Shown here piece after piece: positions 59,901 through 64,000 of a stretch of DNA of 64,000 nt; the stretch's first letter is position 1; each line of letters opens with the position of its first letter. Position numbers and translations under genes: made by a program. The notes under the pieces were generated by a model. It worked only from the letters and a program-made list of their open reading frames with translations, searched no databases and was not told the origin of the DNA. The DNA is from Basidiobolus meristosporus CBS 931.73 (taxonomy: Eukaryota; Fungi; Basidiobolomycota), in assembly GCA_002104905.1 (NCBI GenBank), contig MCFE01000187.1, forward strand, positions 1-64,000, read 5' to 3'.

Positions 59901-62900
59901 TGAATATGTTACTTATGGCGAACTCAACTGCAGAGCTAACCAGCTGGCTCATCATTTGATCAAGCTTGGTGTCCGTCCAGAGTCAATGGTGCCCTTATGC
60001 CTTGACAAATCTGTCGAAATGGTAGTGGCAATGCTTGCTGTTCTCAAGGCTGGTGGTGCTTATGTTCCCCTTGATCCGAACAATCCGGTCGAGCGCAACA
60101 AGTATATACTCAACGAGATTAGTGCTCAGATTGTGCTGACTAGTGACCAGCATAAGTCGGCTTTTGAAAAGCAAGTCCTGGTACTGGTTGACAGAGATGA
60201 GCAAATGATTGGACATTACCTTACGAGTAACCCTGAAATTAATGGACTGAGTAGCTCGAGCCTTTGCTATGTACTCTTCACTTCAGGGTCTACCGGTATG
60301 CCGAAGGGAGTCGTGCTAGAGCATTCTTCCGTGGTCAGTTTCATTCATTCAATCCACCAAAGGTATCAACTTACCGCTGAAGACTCGATTCTGCAGTTTG
60401 CCAACTACACCTTCGACGCATCTGTATTTGAAATCTATGCACCGCTGGCTATTGGCGCGTCTGTGGTCATGGCACGCAAGGATTATCTGCTTACGAATCT
60501 AGAGGATTGGGTCAACAGACTGAGGGCAACATTTTTGATGCTGACCCCCACCATTGCAACCATGGTCGACCCACTCAAGGTGCCTTCGGTGAAGCACCTG
60601 ATGTTCATTGGTGAGATGCTGACAACCACCGCGCGCAACATCTGGTCACCTCATGTTGAGATCAGTAATGGCTATGGCCCGACTGAATCCACTGTTCTCA
60701 TGACAGTCAACACTCGGATGGATTCAGCCACATCGTGCTCGAATGTCGGACTACCCGTTGGTAACAACAGAATATACATTCTTGGTGCTGACCGCCAACC
60801 GGTGCCACTTGGAGTGGTTGGTGAACTCTGTGTAGCTGGTCCTCAATTAGCTCGGGGCTATCTTAATAGACCTGATCTCACTGGGAAGGCATTTGTCCCT
60901 GGTCCATTTGTGTCTGAGGAGCGCCTGTACTGTAGTGGAGATCTTGCTCGATTCAATGCGGATGGATCAGTGGAGCTGATTGGGAGAATAGACAATCAGG
61001 TCAAGATTCATGGATTGCGGGTTGAACTCGATGAGATAGAACACGTACTCAACCAACATGCACAAGTGGCTAGAGCATGTGTCATACCGTTGGTGACAGA
61101 TCCCAACACAAATCGTAAATCGATTGTAGCATTCTTAACATTCTGTGGAATGGAGGGTTCCCTTGCCGATCTTTCATTACTCACTAATCCTGAACTATCA
61201 TTCGTTCGGCCATTTTTGGAAGAAGTGAAAGAAATAGCCAGACGACAGCTACCATCCTATATGGTGCCAAATCTTTGGTTGCCTCTTAATGCTATTCCAA
61301 TCAACACCAGTGACAAAACAGATCGTCGTAAACTAGAAGGCCTCTTCAAGTCTTTCAATCTGGAGGAAATCGTAAATGGATCAAACAATGAAAGCCATCA
61401 TGAGAGTCAACAGATAACGCCCTTGGAGAAACAAATCCAAAAAATATGGTCTGATACTTTAAATATACCTGTTTCCAGCATCAGTATTGAAGATACATTC
61501 TATCAATTGGGAGGAGATTCCATTTCAGCCATTCGGGTGTCGTCATTGAGTCGTCAAAATGGTCTGTCCCTCTCAGTGAAGCAAATAATGCAGAATCCAA
61601 CCATTCGCTCACTTGCCTCAGTGGCTGCTGCGTTGGATCCATCCAAGATCATCAGCCTGCCTAGCACTAGTGGTGATCTGATTCTTACCCCAATTCAGAG
61701 ACGCTTCCTGTATACTCCTCAGGAAAATATGAATCACTTCAACCAGTCATGGCTACTGAAGCTGCGTGATACCACAACGAAGGACAGGCTATCGCAAGCC
61801 GTTAATGCTCTGATGAGCCATCATGATCTGCTTCGCAGCCGCCTTTCCTGCACAGACGGGGCTTGGAAGATGAGGATTGTATCCGCAGAGGAAGCGCCCT
61901 TCCAGGTTCATCAGATGCAAGTGAGGTCGATTGACGACATGAAGGGTCACATTCATCAGCTGCAACGTAGCCTCGACCTGATGTCAGGGCCTATGTTTCA
62001 GTTTGCACTCTACGAGCTGGAGGATAGATCACAGCTGCTATTCATGACCGTTCACCATTTGATAGTGGATCTGGTTTCGTGGCGTATCATATGGGAAGAT
62101 TTGGAACAGCTGCTTCAAGGGAAGCAGTGCGGCTACAAGTCGATGAGCTTTATGCAGTGGAGCGCTATGCTCAACGAGTATGCCCAAGAGCTTGGCATGG
62201 ACATGTGGCCGTCTCAGGAGATTTCCGAGCCGATAGTGAGAGATGCAGCTCTCCTGGATGCGAACAGAATGAGCTCAAGCAAGTCTCTTGCTTTCACCCT
62301 TTCGGTCGGCCAAACAGAGCTGCTCTTTGGAAAGTGCAACCTTCCATTTCAGACTGAGGCGACGGATCTCATGATCTCCTCACTGGCTATTGCTTACTGC
62401 AAGGTGTTCAATGCTGGTAGCATGACCATCGGCATGGAAGGGCACGGAAGGGAGACCTGGCGTGATGGAATCGATGTGTCGAGGACTGTTGGCTGGTTCA
62501 CCACACTCTATCCACTGGTGGTGGAGATTTCTGAAGATTTGGATCAACTGAGTGTTCTGAAGCGAGTCAAGGACCAGCGTAAGCTTATGCCGGGCAACGG
62601 GCTTGTGTATGGATTACTACGGTACATGAGCAACAATCCGGAGAATCGATTCAAGGATGATGTGATCCAGATAGGGTTCAACTATTTAGGTCGTTTTCAG
62701 CAGCTAGAGAGCAAGAACGCATTTTTTCAGCCTGTTGACGCCACTTACGATTTTGATCAGCTTCATATCGGCAATGAGTGGAGAAGAGATCATGTCTTCG
62801 ATGTCACTATAACTGTTGAGCATGATTGTCTTAAGGCTGAGATTGTGTTCAATACCAGTTTGCACACTGAAGAAATAGTATCAGAATGGCTCTTCAAATG

Positions 62901-64000
62901 GGATGAGGCATTAGGCAACATGATTGAATCTTGTGCTCAGATCGATACTATCGAGCATACCCGAAGCGACTTTTCATTAGTTAAATTTAACGAAGCAGAG
63001 TTCAATCTTTTCTATACTCAAACTCTCCCAGGCGTGGGTGTTGATCCTAAATTCGTTGAAGATATTCTTCCATGCACCCCACTGCAAGAAGGCCTCATTG
63101 CTGGTATGTTCAAGAATGCCAACTACTACCATATCCAGCAGCAGCTTGATCTTGTTGGTGAATTCGACCCGATCAAATTCCAAAGCACTTGGGAAACCAT
63201 GATTCGGGATCACCCAATTCTGCGCACTATCTTTGTCGAATCGACGATTAGTGGCACGCATAATAATTTCTTACAGCTCGTGATGAAATACCGCAAGCCT
63301 TGCTGGTCATACAAGAAATGTGCTCACAACTCCCTGGAAAAGACTGTAGCCACGCTATTAGCAGAAGACAAGTCCTTTACCTTCGATTTGGGCCTGCCAA
63401 CGATGAGGTTTACACTGCTGGAGACTGATCAGAACTATCGGATGCTATTCCTTAGCTGGCATCATGCTATACTCGATGCAACAGCATGGGATCTTATCTT
63501 ACAAGACTACTACAATGTTTATAATAGCCAATCTCGTGTGGCAACATATCCATTTGCCAAATTTGTTGAAGATCTTTATAGTAAATCAGAAGTGGATATT
63601 GCCAAAGAGAAATCCTATTGGCAAGGAAAATTCTCTCAGGCCAGTCGGTCTCCATTCCCTACTCTTGGAGCACCCGAGGACCCAGCTCCCGAAATGAGAC
63701 GTGTTGAAGGCAGAATTCATATACCTATGGAGAAGATAGCTCATTACGCTCAACAACTAAGAATCACTACATTAACGCTGGTCAAAGCTGCTTGGGCCAG
63801 TATTTTGCGAGAATACACTCAAAATGACGATGTGATATTCGGATATGTCGTCCATGGAAGAAGTGGAGACTTGGAGGGGATTTCAACCATTGTTGGTCCG
63901 TGTATTAACACCCTACCGTGCCGCATCATCTGTAACCACCGATCAACTATTGCAGAGTGGCTAATGCAAATTCATGTGGATTACACATCAGCCCTGTCAT
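47935..64000 (+). CDS. NRPS2: multimodular NRPS, 3'-partial (at least 5355 codons); C0-A-T-E-C-A-T-C-A-T-C-A-T-E-C...
   Basis: ATG AAC TCA is homologous to the NRPS1 start (MNSLNTSVCQFPHLL versus MNSPKAGVCQFPHLL). The frame agrees at 48601, 53761 and 63961 (LMQIHVDYTSALS). No plus-strand ORF from this frame is in the track, which implies no stop before the window end. T motifs near 50400, 54990, 58250 and 61510; E motifs HHYIIDLVSW and HHLIVDLVSW; last C motif HHAILDATAW at about 63460. Confidence 0.92.
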   Translation, partial: MNSLNTSVCQFPHLLARESEQIAAMVEFHASEIIVLDLSSIHQFTAFQGAADIEEALIIATWVIMLNSYTGSSDITFGTGFPHRESSGLFLKDLRVFQSTYDQEIEKLYVWSWLKHIANTHIQGVSSKDTAAFSIRDALNFNTYIIFNEKIGSIDMSNLKVLYYLHERCVIINAEVLHFDKQFAICIEGYLCKSSMTIRMIFANSYLQQDHGVLLVDQFTHIAKTLLNNLDAPLNTLNWTPENEKHLFLTEWQQGKPNYVQVLDDSCIHHLIEEQVKRTPNSIALQFEDKELVTYSELNKRANKLAHTLIQIGVQPDNVVPVCIEKSIHMVVAILAVLKAGAAYVPLDPEYPKDRIHFIIRDTNASVCITTSNLQRMFAEGQTLRSLTVDEFDFCGDERSELNPVIPGLKSSNLCYLIFTSGSTGKPKGVMLEHRCVVNYVAAHQKILDLSQDDRFLQFANYTFDASILDLFVNLTTGSRLCLASKNNLLTDLPGMMNLMKVTAAQLTTTVASLVDPSSVPTLKLLQQGGEMLTKSVRDAWASKVKLHNGYGPTETAVYTIIKQSLKPSTSCANIGWPIGRSKVLILNDRLELIPLGAVGELCIGGPQLARGYLNRPDLTEKSFVSSPFNHGERLYRTGDLGRFNPDGSITILGRKDNQVKLNGLRIEIEEIEHVLNQSPEVSRVSVRLLNRKSKTSKVSKVLVAFVTFVNKMSDEESVSVLELTSCPEVGQVQESVRKQLPPYMVPTVWVPLTKMPINTSGKTDLKTLELLYTSLETAQDVKEAKDMPTSAMEVLLQEAWGEVLNVEKSSIGTGDSFYHLGGDSISAIQISAQCRQNGVEVSVQSILQHPTIRQLANYARFTTLALEKQSIEEDEEEDWSDIPFTPIQHQFFGVTQPEVNHFHLSWLVSVRHPIELPALRGALFELIGHHDMLRTRFTQELGRWRQWLASNEQTNFEVQRHRVSGVEELKSSVLKTQRSLNVETGPVSSFVIYDLPSGEQLLFMTIHHYIIDLVSWRIFWEDLEKLLSGQSLSYKTLSFRKWSKLLQKHAESLTSEDWPQQALIEPLDIDMSKLSLNTMETVETLSFTLDSEYTALMFGRSNDAYGTEAVDFMLATLATSYCDVFQTDSITFATEGHGREPWDDSIDVSRTIGWFTSIYPVTIQRKRGDSLIDVLKQTKDTRRAIPNHGLDYGLLRYLNSELSSRYSSDRFQVGFNYFGRFQHLEKGRSLFQQAAEQYTFDLNMIGPKWRRMNAIEVEVTVQRDNLSASISYSNQLHHEKQISQWLQAWKRDLMEAVQISGNKKKRELTVSDIPLLCLNAHQLHGLLEEVAAKCGEEFVQNIEDMYPCCAMQEGLIVGNARSASSYHVQDVYTLPDGVDEEQLLSAWRSTVNDLPILRTVFIENSYSSPTLGAYLQVVLRHVDVDFQRIYPESQDIEDAALNKYLEADVAKGFPLGRPNIRLCLIQGEKNRMIISRHHAINDGWSDKITMAYLEAVFNSTSRPAVIPYKEYISYCVKQNGSLSNEEGAEYWSTYLAGIDASIFPKLGETNARAGHHQVVFRSQIPMQVLKDFSKKAGVTTLTLLQAAWGMILQPYYGKEDFVYGVLTNGRNISMKQINHVVGPCINTTPLRIQCHPSTKIMDWLRSLHQSMVARIPYEHCGLRLIKQWCKQRNSQVGFDAILNFQLSEKDDARQKVTFEMERIIEPTEYRLCLNAWKEGDKLAFRLDFDNATLTSHLANHLLDRLDAVIGAIAVADGESTVADIPYMSNVESSLIQSFATGCNQVDPTLECLHHLFEKQVAKTPNNIAIRYESDQLLTYNDLNKQSNRLAHYLVSQGVGPESIVMLCLDKSVEMIVAMLGVLKAGGAYVPIDPASPVERSRFVQRETKASIVITKSLLKEKFEDIALVLIDSEISVFSTYPFDNLRSREVTEKNLCYILYTSGSTGTPKGVMLEHSSVVSFIHSIHQRYQLTAEDSILQFANYTFDASVFEIYAPLAIGASVVMARKDYLLTNLEDWVNRLRATFLMLTPTIATMVDPLKVPSVKHLMFIGEMLTTTARNIWSPHVEISNGYGPTESTVLMTVNTRMDSATSCSNVGLPVGNNRIYILGADRQPVPLGVVGELCVAGPQLARGYLNRPDLTGKAFVPGPFVSEERLYCSGDLARFNADGSVELIGRIDNQVKIHGLRIELDEIEHALHEYPRVARACVIPLVTDAETNHKSLTVFITFHDLIDSSLALCTPGGNNSVLLASYAKEARSLIRKKLPSYMIPNIWVPLNNMPFTASEKIDRKMLVSLFATFSKDDLMLLSISDDVSHVGPRTVVEQNWTKLWSSVLNIPANAIGVHDSFVNLGGDSILAIRLVGAAHKAGYALTVQDLYTYPTIAEIAETSVLVDSDILAAKTIARYSLLNLDPAQLEYLLECDLRPNGINYDDVEDMYPCSPMQEALMALSIKDQSSYLTRQVYRCGPNVDIERLRASWQTVIEANPILRTVIIFSTSGITHLNGIQVVLRGEGMEWNVHEYEDNASLESSLPQALAEDKSRGIRLGQPLIRFSLLKSKETTTYLIWTIHHALYDGWSMNHIITDVITAYQGHDLSVRPSYSEYIKYLMNQDKNESLWFWKNTLDSTTETYLVRGIPTPGATSLPSRVSEKLQVDFSSITSVHNITAASIAYLAWALVLKVHTGSSDVVFGVVNSGRSIPLHNIQDICGPCITTLPIRVTFSDNVSLLEILQSIHGTQIQQYRYQSISLQEILEHCHHVGEKALFDSLLVVQNIPQKSEDEGLATIGLHKSIASMPIDYPIVMEINITGTIHSVDLTYDEQAVTTFEATWIMKHFVEAIKVILHNLNSTVKSVRLLTWEETSIMQNWNLIEQIQNKLCCIHELFEQQALLHPDNWALQFEDEVSVSYSDLNRRANQLAHHLIKLGVRPESMVPLCLDKSVEMVVAMLAVLKAGGAYVPLDPNNPVERNRFILAETNAQVVVTLDVYRSTFDTATVVLLDSDLDRIRTNPEDNPEVTGLSSSNLCYVLFTSGSTGTPKGVMLEHAAVVSFIHAIQQEYDFSPKDSILQFANYTFDASVFEIYVPLAIGASVAMARKDYLLTDLEECIRELRATFLMLTPTIATLIDPLEVPSVRNLMFIGEMLTTTALNKWSPYVDLSNGYGPTESAVLTTVNTHMSSTTSCSNVGKPIGNNRLYVLGDDNYPVPFGVVGELCVAGSQLARGYLNRPDLTDSAFITSPFVSAERLYKTGDLARFNSDGSVELVGRKDNQIKIHGLRIELDEIEHALHQHSKVARACIVPLVTDKATDHKSLVAFVTFNDLTDSNSPVGLIEESNDQKVVEYFKEIKSLVRNKLPTYMMPSTWVPVSRMPTTTSQKTDRKSLAALYASVDKEDLMKWNHSDASGHVGARTTMEESWAELWSAVLKISPDTIGSHDSFFSLGGDSILAIRLVGAAHKAGFTLTVQDLYLHPTIAELASTCLPLGPEIMDTRPVEKYSLLNLDLEQLGYLMEHELPQHDIMPDDVVDIYPCSPMQEALVALSLQDSSSYVSQLVYKCEGNVDLERLRAAWHSVIEANPILRTAILFTTSGFAHLNGLQVVLRSKSIEWDVQEYEDATSLENSLARALEADRSKGVSVGQPLTRFALLKTAGPNAYLVWTIHHALYDGWSMNHIVSDVVAAYQGHDLPARPPYSMYINYLLDTDKSQAIKYWQETLGSATPTHLARSSPTAAETQLPSTIVENIQADFRSLASEHNLTVATIAYLAWALVLKCHTGNPDVVFGVVDSGRSVPLQHVQDICGPCITTLPMRINLSDTQSLLDALKLIQSSLTHQKLYQSIGLQDILKQIGMAAESSLFDTLLVVQNINLDNDATDLTSIGLQQSATSMPIDYPALIEISLKGSNLQASLTYQTQIFTEFEATWIAKHFVEAMRLILRDSSALVKDVSIRTEEEIISIKRWSTAGSVKNSSEFIHELIEQQALLRPEQVAIQFEETEYVTYGELNCRANQLAHHLIKLGVRPESMVPLCLDKSVEMVVAMLAVLKAGGAYVPLDPNNPVERNKYILNEISAQIVLTSDQHKSAFEKQVLVLVDRDEQMIGHYLTSNPEINGLSSSSLCYVLFTSGSTGMPKGVVLEHSSVVSFIHSIHQRYQLTAEDSILQFANYTFDASVFEIYAPLAIGASVVMARKDYLLTNLEDWVNRLRATFLMLTPTIATMVDPLKVPSVKHLMFIGEMLTTTARNIWSPHVEISNGYGPTESTVLMTVNTRMDSATSCSNVGLPVGNNRIYILGADRQPVPLGVVGELCVAGPQLARGYLNRPDLTGKAFVPGPFVSEERLYCSGDLARFNADGSVELIGRIDNQVKIHGLRVELDEIEHVLNQHAQVARACVIPLVTDPNTNRKSIVAFLTFCGMEGSLADLSLLTNPELSFVRPFLEEVKEIARRQLPSYMVPNLWLPLNAIPINTSDKTDRRKLEGLFKSFNLEEIVNGSNNESHHESQQITPLEKQIQKIWSDTLNIPVSSISIEDTFYQLGGDSISAIRVSSLSRQNGLSLSVKQIMQNPTIRSLASVAAALDPSKIISLPSTSGDLILTPIQRRFLYTPQENMNHFNQSWLLKLRDTTTKDRLSQAVNALMSHHDLLRSRLSCTDGAWKMRIVSAEEAPFQVHQMQVRSIDDMKGHIHQLQRSLDLMSGPMFQFALYELEDRSQLLFMTVHHLIVDLVSWRIIWEDLEQLLQGKQCGYKSMSFMQWSAMLNEYAQELGMDMWPSQEISEPIVRDAALLDANRMSSSKSLAFTLSVGQTELLFGKCNLPFQTEATDLMISSLAIAYCKVFNAGSMTIGMEGHGRETWRDGIDVSRTVGWFTTLYPLVVEISEDLDQLSVLKRVKDQRKLMPGNGLVYGLLRYMSNNPENRFKDDVIQIGFNYLGRFQQLESKNAFFQPVDATYDFDQLHIGNEWRRDHVFDVTITVEHDCLKAEIVFNTSLHTEEIVSEWLFKWDEALGNMIESCAQIDTIEHTRSDFSLVKFNEAEFNLFYTQTLPGVGVDPKFVEDILPCTPLQEGLIAGMFKNANYYHIQQQLDLVGEFDPIKFQSTWETMIRDHPILRTIFVESTISGTHNNFLQLVMKYRKPCWSYKKCAHNSLEKTVATLLAEDKSFTFDLGLPTMRFTLLETDQNYRMLFLSWHHAILDATAWDLILQDYYNVYNSQSRVATYPFAKFVEDLYSKSEVDIAKEKSYWQGKFSQASRSPFPTLGAPEDPAPEMRRVEGRIHIPMEKIAHYAQQLRITTLTLVKAAWASILREYTQNDDVIFGYVVHGRSGDLEGISTIVGPCINTLPCRIICNHRSTIAEWLMQIHVDYTSALS
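53797..54498 (+). repeat. 702 bp near-identical copy of 60319..61020 (specificity core of NRPS2 A2 and A4)
   Basis: Offset 6522; runs from GAGCATTCTTCCGTGG just after the A3 motif to GGATTGCGG in the A8 motif; the flanks are diverged. Confidence 0.92.

Noticed and set aside
11939-63697. Numerous 60-130 aa ORFs overlapping the NRPS genes on either strand
   Set aside because: Shadow ORFs of long coding sequence; they duplicate only because the underlying NRPS DNA is duplicated

Overview
Eukaryotic, almost certainly fungal, genomic DNA (GT-AG introns with CTAAT branch sites, chromoviral Ty3/Gypsy element). The window holds two giant co-oriented NRPS genes separated and flanked by CpG-depleted transposon debris; I found no tailoring, transporter or regulator gene. 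NRPS1 (ATG 11063 to stop 36247, three exons, about 8346 aa) has the architecture C0(partial)-A-T-E-C-A-T-C-A-T-E-C-A-T-E-C-A-T-C-A-T-E-TE, a six-module D-L-D-D-L-D assembly line ending in T-E-TE. NRPS2 starts at 47935, is absent from the supplied ORF track because it has no stop before the window end, and reads C0-A-T-E-C-A-T-C-A-T-C-A-T-E-C(truncated). The two genes, and modules within each gene, share near-identical blocks with sharp boundaries around the A-domain specificity subdomain, which looks like recent module and subdomain shuffling or gene conversion. Also present: the 3' part of an intact chromodomain Ty3/Gypsy retroelement with PPT and LTR (1-3609), a related inverted LTR-like relic, a degenerate CACTA/En-Spm-type transposase, a three-copy unclassified repeat and a TAAAGGGG array. 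Host lineage, substrates and product cannot be fixed from sequence alone. Domain boundaries, identity estimates and A-domain codes were read by eye.
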